From Azolla caroliniana (lineage: Eukaryota > Plantae > Polypodiophyta): DNA of 64,000 nucleotides. Below are positions 40,250 to 52,074 of the stretch, one piece after another. The notes under the pieces were generated by a model. It saw nothing but the letters and a program-made list of their open reading frames with translations. It was not told where the DNA came from and did not search any database. The translations under genes and the position numbers were made by a program. Positions within the stretch are counted from its first letter, which is position 1; each line of letters opens with the position of its first letter. The stretch covers positions 21,204,001-21,268,000 of the forward strand of contig JBHGNT010000001.1 in NCBI GenBank assembly GCA_043228905.1. Direction: 5' to 3'.

Positions 40250-41025
40250 CGGAAACTAAAAACCGGATGCAGCTGGCAACTGGCAATCGGAAACCGGGAA
40301 CTAGATGGAGCCGACAACCGAAAACCGGAAACTGGAGACCGGACGGAGCTAGCGACGAAGTTGGGACCCAGAATCGGATGACGATGGAACCGGCGACCAA
40401 TTGGACAGAGCCGACAACCGGCAATTGGATAGAACCGGAAACTGGACAATGACGGACTGGAAACCGGACGGATCTGACGACGAAGTTGAGAACCGGAACT
40501 GGACGATGATGGAACCGGCGATCAGCAACCAGCAACCGGCAACCAATCGAACGGAGCTGACAACCAACAATCAGACAGAGCCGATAATTGGCAACCGAAC
40601 AGCGATGGACTAGAAACCGGACAGAGCCGGCAACAAAGTTGGGAACCGAAACCAGATGACGATGGAACTGGCAACCAGTGACCAATCGGACAGAGTCGGC
40701 AACCGGCAATCGGACGGAGCTGGAAATTGACAACCGGACAGAACCGGCAACCGGACGCGGACCAAACAGATTGGATGGGCGACGGTCGAGATGGATGGAT
40801 GATAGGATCATGTGGCGAATTAAAGTAAAGAAAAGAAAAGAAAAGAAAAGAAAAGCAAAGGCGAAGCAACTAAAAAAGGAGGCCATGCAACTAAAAATAA
40901 AGGCCAAGCAACTAAAAATGGAGGCCATGCAACTAAAAGTAAAGGCGAAGCAACTAAAAAAGGAGGCCATACAACTAAAAATAAAGGCCGAGCAACTAAA
41001 AATGGAGGCCATGCAACTAAAAGGG
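40250..41025. repeat. Compound tandem repeats in the LTR: AACCGG-rich units, (AAAAG)n, 42-bp unit x4
   Basis: Directly visible; 42-bp unit AAGGCGAAGCAACTAAAAAAGGAGGCCATGCAACTAAAAATA. Confidence 0.9.
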
Positions 41026-43256
41026 AACGCATGCAAAGGAACATGGGAGATGATGATCAAGAAGGAACTCGGTATATGTACCACTCTTTTTTCTCTAGCT
41101 TCTTGTTCTTCTTTTTTGGGCCCATTCTCTTCTGCTCTCTCCCATTCCTAGGGGAGAAAAACTCTAAGCTTAATTATCTTAGAGAAGAAAATCCTAATTT
41201 TCCTATGAAATCCATATCTCCATTTCTTTTAATCTATTATTCTATTAATCTCCGTATGCTTAAACTTTTGTAATCCCAATCTTGGGATAGATTGTAATCT
41301 TTCTTCCCCTTTGTTAATGAAATTTGTTAATCTTTCTCATTTCCACTAATTCTTTAATATAAACATACGAATGTGATATGCTTTGGTCAAAGGCCCCGGG
41401 GTCCTGCCTCAAGTTCATGTATCCTTGTCGTATTTTCGTGACAACATTGGTGAACCCAACGTGAAATGAGGTGGCAGGAGGATATCAAGTGCGACGATAG
41501 CTTCGATAAGCGGAACTCAAGGAGAGGAATTAACGAAAGGCATAGTGTCCGTTGTGGAATACATGCTGAGGGCGAGAGATCGAGAGGCTTTAATCGACAA
41601 AGCTATTGATCGAACGGTGGAGATATCTGGACGATTTGGTGGAAAGAATATCACAGATTTCCTTGCTACCTATTGGAACGAGATGCAATAGAGGGATTTC
41701 CATGATTTGAAACAAATTTCTAGTTTCAAGCGTGTGGTGGAACCAGGAATCCATGAGTGTGTCATAGAGATCCAAAACGAGCACGCAACTTGGGCGGAGT
41801 TCAAGAAGGCACTTCTTGCTGAATACATGCTTGAAGACGCATCACGAATGACTCGACATACACTAATGACTCGGCATACACTAATGATTTGGATCGAGAA
41901 GAAAGGAAAGAATCTGTGTGCATCGGGAGTATATGAGGAATTCGACCAGAAGTACAACCGATTTCCGAGTGCTGATCAACGAGTTCTCGATGGAGATAAA
42001 GTCCTGCTATTCCTGAAGGCGGTGGATACAAAAGACCGACGAGAATTGGGTGGTTTTTTGGAGGAAGAAACGCAACCAAATGTCTTGGTAGCGGACTGGG
42101 CGACGGTGAAGAAGGCTTGTAGCCGTCTTGATAAGCGTCGACAATGGCAAGAGGAAACTGATATGGAGAATCTACGAACATGGAGGAGGAAGGCACCTGT
42201 GATGGTCGAGCCTAACAAGCCGATCAACATTTTCGACAAGAAAGCGATGGAGGACTCTATAATCGAAGAGCTCTCCAAGAAATTTGAAGCGGTATCGCTG
42301 GCCAACTTAGGTCGACGTGAGCCCAAGGGAAAAGAAGCGTATAGATGTGTGTGGTGTGACAACTTCGAGCACCCACGAAGGGAATGCGCTGACTTGCAAG
42401 ACGCGATTCTCAAGAATGTTGTCTATTTGGATGGCAACATGATCCACTCGAGCGAGACCCAGAAGCCACTACGAGTGAACTTCGGAAGAGGCAGGTTGAA
42501 AAAGATTGTAGAAGAGGAAGATGCAAGGCACGTGGAAGCTATGCACTATGCCGCATCGACCGGGATACGAGTTGGAAAAGAGAATCTAAAGATGATCAAG
42601 CCAGAAGCTGGGTTTTGGCCGACAGTCTTCGAGTGCGAGAAAAAAGGCAAAATCGATTTGGAGGATTTAAAACTTGCTGATCGGAATGTTCGACGAGTTA
42701 CCGGATGGTTAGATCCAGTTGATGATAACACAAGCTTTGCGGAGGTAGTGTGCAACAACTATGAAGCTCTTGTCGAAGAGAAGAGGAAAAGAACCGGTGA
42801 AGAAGATGGCACATCAAAGCGTCCCAACACGAGGAACTTAGGGAAAGAAGGGCAAGTCCAACCTATGCCACGAAAAGAGGTTGGAGAAACAAGCATGAAG
42901 CCCGGTGGATCGAGCCAACCTGCTCGGATGGAAGTCGAAGAATCAACGAAGAAAGGAAAAGAACGAGCGGCACCGACTTACAAGCTAAGGTCGGACATAG
43001 ACCAAACAACTGATTTGCGGAAGGTCCTTGAGGAGAAGGTTTTAGACAGTCATGTCGACCTTATTTTGAGAGAATTTCTTGGGATTGCGAAGAAGGAGTT
43101 CCATGATACTATCGTGGACCTTATTAAGCGGAAGCGGCAACAATCTGATGAAGAGGAGGTGAAAACAAGTGCCATAACCATGGCAAGATCGGAAGAGGAG
43201 GAAGAAGAAGTGGTGGCGGATAGTCATTATTATCGACCTCATTGGGCAAGAGCAAC

Positions 43257-46200
43257 TATCAGGAATAGTACTAAAGTAGAGATGGAATTAGTACTAAAGA
43301 AGAGCAGTACTATTAGTACTAAGAGGACGGGACTGCGTAAGACTCCCGAGAGAGAGAGAATGAGAGAAGAGAAAAGAGAGATAGCGAGGATGAGAGAGAG
43401 AGAGAGATGATGATAACAACCAATATATTATGTGAAGGATAAGTACAAAATGGCTAAGAGGCTTAAGACTGGCGTTGAACCAATTTGGTTCAACATAATG
43501 CCTAGTGCCTTCTTTTATAGTGTTCTCAGGAGTAATCCTAAAACTTCTAGAATGTTCCAGAGAAATCTGGAATATACATTAGTTTCTTATAATAAAGCAT
43601 AAATGAAAGTAATATCCTATGAATTACAATAGATGGTGTGATGGTTAAGAGCTCGACCCATATACCATAAGGTCATGGGTTCGAGTCTTGCCATATCATT
43701 ACACTATCCCCCCCTTAAGATGACGAGTGGAACGAGTCGACGTTGATTGAGGACCGGGTTTGTCGGGATACTGCCGGTGAAAATCAGCAAGAAGATCCTG
43801 AGCATTGACGACATACTCGACGGGCTCCCAAGTACGTTCGCTCGGACTATAGCCGAGCCAATCGACCAAATAGTAAAGTTTGTTGCGAACAAATTTGGAG
43901 TCGAGGATGGCAGCGACTTCATACTCTGGGCCGACATCAAACTCAAGCGGGGGCGGCGGTGGTGTAACATGATCGGGAATAGTGTTTGCTTTATAAGGTT
44001 CCAAAAGAGAACTATGGAAAATTGGATGTATCCGAAGATGCGGAGGAAGATCAAGGCGGAACGTGACATCATTAACCTTACCGGTAATACTGAAAGGACC
44101 GAGTCGTCGATAATCCAACTTGTCGCACGGTCGAGTAGTCTTAATGTGACAACGTAAGAGCCATACTTGATCTCCGATGGCAAAAGAGGAGGGAAGTCGA
44201 TGACGATTTGCGTAAGTCTTCTATGTCTGTTGAGCATGACGAAGATGAGTCGAGAGATCCGTGTGGATCTTGCGTAGTCTCTCCAAATGATCCTCGGCAC
44301 AAGGATTGGTAGGTCGCTCCGGGGTGTCGATCACCGACCAACGAGGATGAGAACCGGTATAAGCGTAGAATGGGGAGACTCGAATCGAGGAGTGAACAAC
44401 ATTATTATACGCAAACTCCGCAAAGTGGAGAATCTCGGCCCAATCGTCTTGTTGATAACTCAGGAAACACCGGAGATATTGCTCCAGCGTTTGGTTTGTT
44501 CGTTCTGCCTGCCCATCGGTCTGAGGATGGTAGCTGGAGGAGAGGTTGCAAGAGACCTTGAGCATCTTGAAGAGATGCTGCCAAAATTTAGAGACAAATT
44601 GCGGTCCTCGGTCACTGATGATACTGTCTGGGAGGCCATGATGCTGAAATACCTCACGCATGACAAGGGCGGCGGTTTCCTCGCTAGTGATGGCCTTAGT
44701 AAACAGCACAAAATGTGCTATCTTCGTATATCGATCGACGACGGTTAAGATAGCATCGAACCCCTTTGAGACCGGCAGATCTGTGATAAAATCAAGACAA
44801 ATAGACTACCACTGCTTACTTGGAATCGGTAAGGGTTCCAACAAGCCATATGGGTGGTGTTGTGGCATCTTTGCTCGGCAGCAAGCATCACAGGTCCGAA
44901 CGTAGTCGTCGACAAAACGTCGCATGTGGGGCCACCAAAAGGATCGTTGAATTAGATCCAACGTCTTAGTGCTACCGAAATGTCCCGCCATATGGGTGTC
45001 ATGACACCTTTGGACGATGTGAAGGCGATAGGAGCAATTGGGGACATATACAAGCTTTTTAAAGAACAAACCATCATGATATTTGAATTGTCGGTAGTCC
45101 ATACCTGGTTGCTGAGACTGGGAACAGGATGCCCGAGAGGTATCAATGTGCGCCAGAATGTCTTGAGCAAAAAAATTTATCTTCAAACTTGTACGTATGG
45201 TGTCTATAATCTGGGAATCCATTGGGGTGTGAAAAATCCGCGTTGTGTGCAATCGTGTTGGTCCCAAGATTACTTGCTTTTGATTATCGAACGCTGGATC
45301 ACCAGGGCGAGGTGCAAGATATAAATGTCGTGATAGTGCATCTTCTTTTCCTTGTTGCTTCCCCAGTCGATATGTGATTTTGAAGTCGAAATGCGTGAGG
45401 AATTGAGCCCACCAAGCTTGTCGTCGATTTAGCACCCGAGCGTTCTGGAAATAAGCAAGGTTTTTGTGATCACTAAAGACGATGACCTGATGTGGAGAGC
45501 CCTCTAAGAAATACCGCCATTGCACAAAGGAATCCACGATGGCTAGTAACTCCTTGTCATGTATTTCGTAGTTGATTTCCGCGGCATCGAATTTGCGCGA
45601 ATGGAAAGCCACAAGATATAACTCTTCTTTATCTCCTTGTTGAGAAAGGATGCTACCGAGGGCGAAATCCGATGCGTCGGCCTCCATGATGAATGGTTTC
45701 TTTGTATCCACATGAGCTAGAATAGGAGCTGATGTAAAGGCTTTCTTAAGATGCCGAAAAGCCATGTCCGCTTCATTGGACCAAAGAAATGCTTGTCCCT
45801 TCTTCATAAGTTGTATAAGAGGTAAAATAATCTTCGAGTAATCCGGTATAAACTTGCGATAGAAGTTAGCAAAAACTAGAAAACATTGTACATCTCGTAT
45901 CGACCGTGGAATTTGCCACTCTAGCACAGTTTGGACGTTAGCTGGATCCATGGAGATGCCCTTTGAGGAGATCCCCTATTAGCCGTTGGTTTTCTTGTTC
46001 CAAGGCAACAAATTTTTCTTTTAGGCACTGTAGCTCGGAGAAAACGGATTGATATTCTTGGGCGCTAATAGTAGCCATAGTATAGGGAAAAGGGTAGGAG
46101 GATGAGGGAGAATGACAAGTAGGCTGGAGGAGAAATTTGGTTCAAACTGTCAGGAATAGTACTAAAGCAAAGATGGAATTAGTACTAAAGAAGAGCAGTA

Positions 46201-46596
46201 CTATTAGTACTAAGAGGACGGGACTGCGTAAGACTCCCGAGAGAGAGATAAAGAGAGAAGAGAAAAGAGAGATAGCGAGGATGAGAGAGAGAGAGAGAGA
46301 TGATGATAACAACCAATATATTATGTGAAGGATAAGTACAAAATGGCTAAGAGGCTTAAGACTAGCGTTGAACCAATTTGGTTCAACATAATGCCTAGTG
46401 CCTTCCTTTATAGTGTTCTCAGGAGTAATCCTGAAACTTCTAGAATGTTCCAGAGAAATCTGGAATATACATTAGTTTCTTATAATAAAGCATAAATGAA
46501 AATAATATCCTATGAATTACAATAGATGGTGTGATGGTTAAGAGCTCGACCCATATACCATAAGGTCATGGGTTCGAGTCTTGCCATATCATGATA
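43257..46596 (-). mobile_element. Chromovirus (Tcn1/Tf1-like) gypsy lacking gag, PR and most of RT
   Basis: LTRs 46596-46148 and 43703-43257; TSD GCAAC/GCGAC; host frame HWARATMET restored on removal; RNase H (EADASDFALG), INT (HPQTDGQAER), GPF motif, chromodomain (YEVAAILD...YLVDWLGY...TWEP); PPT AAGGGGGGGGA. Confidence 0.95.
46432..46451. promoter_or_regulatory. Heat-shock element (4 alternating nGAAn units) in the chromovirus 5' LTR
   Basis: tGAAa cTTCt aGAAt gTTCc about 20 bp upstream of TATAAA (46412-46407, minus strand). Confidence 0.65.
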
Positions 46597-48277
46597 GCGA
46601 CAATGGAGACGTCGGTGAAGATCGGGGAGAAGAAAGGTCGAGATGAGGTCGAGTTCTACAAGAAAGGAAGATGGTCGATTAATACAAAGCACGGATGGAA
46701 GATTCGAGCGACAACGAAGGCTACGGAGGACTTGTACGAAGTTTGCCCCAACGTTAAAGTCACGATCGGGGATGTGGAGATTGGTCAACACTTCCTCGTG
46801 CAGGCCTCGGTTCACATCGTGTCATCCTAGGACAACTGTATATAACATCGTCTCGGATGGAGACCAAGGTGTTCAATAACGGAGCAGCCTTAGCACGTGT
46901 CAAGAGTCTTGATAGTAAAAGATCTGTTCAAATTCCTAATGGTGCAAGCTAATCACGAAAGGAACCGAGATAGCCTTGGAGGCGAATCCTCGGATTTTTA
47001 AAGCGGACTATTGAAGCATGGGACACAAATAGTCCGAGCAATCATAAGTCCCCACAAGGAAGCAGAGTGCGTGGATTGCAAGGAGAAGCAACATGCGTCA
47101 CACCTAGCGGCGCATGCAAACTAAGACTACTCAACAAGAAGGACAAATGTCAGATACAAGATTTCGAGAAGGTGCTGAAAGAAGAAAGCATAATCGAAGA
47201 AGAAGAACTCGTGTCTCATATTCTGGAGGAAGCTTCATTTAATGACACCATCGGCGAAATCGAGGAAGTCGTGGACTTGAGGTATCCTCACCATCAACAT
47301 GTGATTTCGGTTAACTCCGTCAACATATACACTATCATCAATGAATATCATCGAGGCATCTTGATGGAGGAAGCCGAAGTCAACACAAAATATAAAACTA
47401 TGGATAGGAAGATCAAGCCAGTTGCAGTACCGCTACCGGAAGATAGCTGGCAAAAGATGAAGGAAGTTGCAAAAGATCCAAGCTTAAGGAATCCAAATAC
47501 AATTGGTCACGTCTTCACTGAAGAGACGAAGGGAAAGCTACGAGTTGGAAGGGAGGATTTCCTCCTTCCTGAAGCGGAGTGAATGTTCCGCGGAATTCTT
47601 GAAATACATAGAAGGCTTTCACATTTTTCCCACAAGAAATCGGATGTGCTAATCCAAGGACGGTAGAACCGATGGTGATCTTCATAGTGCCGCATGTGCC
47701 TTGGAATTTGAAACCGATACCGGTTCCGAGAGCACACCTACCAAAGCTGATTGAGCTCTTAAAGGAGAAGGTGAATATGGGAATTTTGGAACCATCGAAT
47801 GCTCCTTATTCTAATAGGTTGTTCATGGTGCCGAAGAAGAATGGATCGTTGCGATTCATCCAAGATCTCCAACCTGCCAACAAGGTGACGATCCGAAATG
47901 CCGGAATTGGTCCAAGCGTGGATGAATTTGCCGAAGCCTTCGCAGGAAGATCGATCTATTCCATTGGTGATCTCTACTCGGGCTATGACCATTTTCAATT
48001 GGCTATCGATGGTAGAGACATAACGACAATGCGGACGCCGATCCGGTTGGTGCGGATGTGTACCTTACCTCAAGGTGCAACGAATTCGGTGGCTCATATG
48101 GTGAATGCCATGAACAAGGTCTTGAAGGATTGCATCCCAGGCATCACGATGCCATTCCTGGATGACATTCCGATAAAAGGATGTTCGGATGAGGAGAAGG
48201 ATGAATCGAAAGATAAGGATGGATGCAGAAAGTTCGTCATGGATCATATGAAAGATTGCGAGAAGGTGCTCCAATCT

Positions 48278-50340
48278 AAAGCAACCAAAGCATGGTTCAA
48301 CAGGCATGGACTGAAGGGATTCCTTTGAATTGCAGAAGCAGCTCCGCAGGAGGAACCGGAGAAGGTCGCTTTGCGAATCGACCTCGAGGAAATAACAGAG
48401 GAAACTGTGCGTGCCCTCATCGAACTACCAAAGGGAGGATTATACTCCATCGAGAGCCCTTCCACCGAGACCCTGACAGAATACTTCGGTGAGTACACCA
48501 TCGCCAGCAAGGCGTATAGAACATAGGGTGGCAAAGATGCCCTGTTTCGAGAGGTAGCACATGTTCTCCATGAATACGACTTCGTGCACCCCCACCCTCT
48601 GGCAATGCCTAAAAACAGAGCCGGATTGATCATCGCAACATACCAAGGAGTTAAAGTAGATTGGCCCGTGATCATCGCCGATTCATTACGAACGGCCATC
48701 TAATCGGTTGTGGATGGGAAGAAGGTCTGGACCGCTAAGTGACCATCGAGGGAGAAGCAGCGGAGCAGTAGGGGGAAGGAGCGGGTGCAACATTGGACAA
48801 CACCCCGGCAATTGTCTCAGTGGTGGTAGAACCCCGAATAGAGGTAGAACCGGAAATAAGGCTAGAAGCGGTGACCACGGGTCAACAGGAACCGGTTACA
48901 AAGATTCAGACCTCACTATGCCTTCAAGAACATCAACATGAGGAATGTTGTCCGGAGCAGACACCGGTGCCACTGACCCAAGGGCTCAGAATGGAGGCTG
49001 AACCAACACCGGTGCACGTACTGCCATTCGTTCTCCCAATACAACAAGGAATCTCCCAAAAATGGTTGAGATGGTTGGGGGAGCAGGTGTCGGGAATTGT
49101 GAACCGGTTGGAGCAAGAAGAAAGGATGCAAATGGATCGTTTCCTATCCACGACCGAAGAATTAGAAAAGGCCCGGACACGGATCCGGAGCTTAGAAGAA
49201 GAGTTGGAGAAGGCCAAAGAACAGGAGGTCGGTACGGCCCAAACAGGGCCAAATACAACCACAGAGCCGGTGGCACCAACTAATACACAAACAAGCAACG
49301 AACCGGGGGCTAGCACAACACCGATAACGAATAACGAGCATGAACAAGAAATAGCCACCTTAAAGGACGAGTTAGCGGCTTAGGAGGCCCTACGGGGCAA
49401 AGAGAGGGATTAGAAGAAATCAGTAGAGGAAGAGAAGTGAAGGATTGAAGAAACCCTCCGAAAAGCTCAAGCAAGCAACGACCGGCTGAAGGAGGAGAAA
49501 TAAAAACTGCTGCAAGAAAAAGACAAGCTCCGAAAGATGGCAGAAAGTGAAATTGAATGGTTGAAGGAGGAGCTCCGGAAACAGAAAGATAGGGAGGACC
49601 ACGCACGAAGGCAAATCAACCAAAAGTTAAAATAGAAAACAGATGATTTTGAGAAGCTGCATCAGGATCACAAACAACTTGATGCGGAGCATAGGAAGTT
49701 AATTGTAGAGTGTGACCGGAGGCAAGTGAAGATCAGAGAGCTCCGGGCTGGGGTAGCAAAGAAAGGGGATGCCTTGGTAGAGGAATGGACAAAGGTGGTC
49801 GAGTCGGCGAAGTTGCTAGAGGAGGCGTCAAGAGAAAGGACGGTGCTCACTCGGCAACATTAAGAGGCGGTTGAACAAGCAAAACTGGTTCTGGATAGGG
49901 TTTAGACGACCTATCAAACCCAATTACTGGACTATGGGGCGCAGGCCCAAGCAACCGCGACTCTGATAAAGAAGTTGAAGGAGGACGAGCAGGCTGCAGA
50001 GGACAAGTCCAAGTTGGGGGTCAACCAAATCCAGGCTATTGTGCTGGCATGGAAAGAACGAACGAAGAGGATGATCGACGAAAGCTCGGTAGAATGGTGG
50101 ACAAAGTGGACGCAACAAGCGTCCGAATTATAGGTCCTACGAGCGAACGTTGAGAACCGGAGAAAAGACGGCGACCACTTCTATAAGATGGATGTGGAAA
50201 GCATTGTCACCATCCGGGAAGAGTTGTCGGATGACTTTCTATCCTTGGCCGAAGAGCAATTGGCTATTGTTAGAAGGCTGGTGGAACGATTAGACGATGA
50301 CCAGCTTGGCACCCAACTCCAGTTCGAGGGATTCAAACGA
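48278..50340 (+). pseudogene. 3' extra ORF of the Athila/Selgy-like element (globular N-terminal part plus long coiled coil), many stops
   Basis: KVDWPVIIAD motif; E/K/L-rich heptads (ORF 48793-49383); lies directly before the 3' LTR. Confidence 0.6.
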
Positions 50341-52074
50341 GATCATTGACAAAAGGAGGCAGCACGGATGACAGCGTCGATCAACCTTAGTGATGAAGAA
50401 CAATCTCCGGATCAGCCACCAGTTGAAACCGAGGCCGAAGGAGCGCAGCCGAACAAAGACAGAATAGAGCAGTCGGACGAAGCCGGATTGGAACAACCAG
50501 TAGAAGCCAGATGGGAGCAGTCGGATGGAGTAGAAGAAGAGCCGGGACGGAAGGAACCGGAGAAGACGGAAATGCCGGAAATGGAAAGGACCACCAGGAG
50601 CAGCAACAACTGGAGCGGGAGCAGCAAAGTGAGGAACCCCTCAAACCCCTTGACCAGAGTATTTTAGACATACTTGATGAGGAGTAGTGGAGCTAACCCG
50701 TGGGTTCACCGTACAGGGTACTGTCCCACAAGCGTGCCATGTGTTGGCCGTTGGCGGCCAAGTATGTAATGAGGAAGGGGCAAGCCAGTTTCTGGATATA
50801 TAATAATATTATTAGTTATAGGAACGGACGGATCTAGAATAGGTATGCCGATCCGGATCCAGACCGATTCGTAGCCGGTTGCCGGTTAGGCACCATTTTG
50901 GAACACAGAACCGGATGCCTATAAAAGGATCCGGGTATCAATGTATTAGACGATGGAATATTAATATAAGAATTTTTTTTCATTGTATCTTGTGGATCTT
51001 TATGTTCCTATTCTGTTCTGCGCACAATGTATGGATCTTACTTGTGTAATTGATGTGTGTTGTGAATCTGGATACTGAACCGGAAGATAACCAGTTATGG
51101 TTGTTAGTGTTGAATCCCTTACCACAACCACCCTTTGGTGAACTGTTCCGAAGGGACACCTTGTGTTAGAGGCAAGCCCGGCCTAGGAGTAACACATTTG
51201 TGTCAGTTGCTACATTTACTTTCAAGATGGGGCCCTCTAAACACGTAGCAACATCAACAGTTTCCACACTGCCATCGGCCTTAGGAGCAATAGACTCAAA
51301 CCCTTTAGACTCTACACATCAGAAAACACCAACATATTCACACTCACAAAGTAGCTAACAGTCTCACTAAACAACATAATGAACATGAGTTCCATTGCAT
51401 AATGTGGATCAAGCAACAACCAATCTGAGGTTTTACTTGTCCAAATAGACCATAGGACATCTTCATAATTTTCTAGGAAAATAGCTAATAGTTATATCCC
51501 ACTAATCAGTAATTGGTAGTAATTAGCTCCAGTTTAAGAGCCCCTTCATCGAGTAACTGGTCTTGTCCCCGATCGTGGCCCCTTCTTCAGCCTTTTTCTA
51601 GCTGGTTGCCCATTTAGCCTTGCTTCTTTCACCCATTGCGCAAGTGTGTCCTCCTCCGACAACCTTTCCACCGAAAACCTTTCCATCGCCTCAGCAACGG
51701 CTTGCACGTCAACCGCATCTTGCACTAGATTTTCAAGTATAGTAGGATCTTGTGGGACATCATTAGTAGTTGGGCTTGGTGGGGTTGAATCAAGGTTTTG
51801 GGATTCGAAGAAATGTTGCATCATGTGTTCAAAAACAATGTTGTTATGAACCTCAAATTTACATGTTGTTTCCAATATTTCATGGCTTTTCACAACGTTG
51901 CCTAATTCAGTACAATCTTCCAAAAGAATAGGGTGGTGCTAATCTGAAGGAGATGTGATAGCAGGAGTCTTACTTTCAGCCACGTTGCTAGCTATCTCCT
52001 CATCGGTTGCCTCGTCATCGGCACCAGACACCTCATGCAACCTCCTTAATCCACGATATTGTAAAACAAAATCT

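Larger units (their letters stand above)
39917..48277 (+). mobile_element. Trp-primed gypsy, 3'-truncated: long 5' LTR (about 39917-41443), PBS, gag, PR, RT
   Basis: LTR end TCGTGACA; PBS TGGTGAACCCAACGTGAA 41448-41465; gag 41707-43256 with CVWCDNFEHPRREC; RT 47672-48277 (LPQGATNS, FLDDIPIKG). Confidence 0.88.
39164..51194 (+). mobile_element. Non-chromovirus gypsy (Athila/Selgy-like), internally deleted and chimeric
   Basis: LTRs 39164-39618 and 50742-51194; 5-bp TSD CATTT; PBS TGGCGACCAC (tRNA-Arg-like); gag start 39670-39915 matches 59166 ORF; degenerate 3' extra ORF 48278-50340. Confidence 0.92.
38257..52050 (-). pseudogene. Transposon-associated gene with C-terminal FCP1/SCP-like (NIF, HAD fold) domain at about 38350-38790, split by a gypsy insertion
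   Basis: Manual translation RRALILERDKVLM...RRDVNQFLEWVVQYFDLFIWS...WTRERC...FKRLSDFWHAWPEYNIDNTLIVDT; the frame continues across the TSD into 51200-51320; ORF 51546-51923 is a probable upstream exon. Confidence 0.65.

Noticed and set aside
40170-41084. 304-aa hydrophobic minus-strand ORF resembling a membrane protein
   Set aside because: It is the antisense reading of A-rich tandem repeats in an LTR.
43257-43410. C-terminal extension of the 567-aa gag ORF
   Set aside because: It is read-through into the inserted chromovirus LTR; the true frame resumes at 46597.
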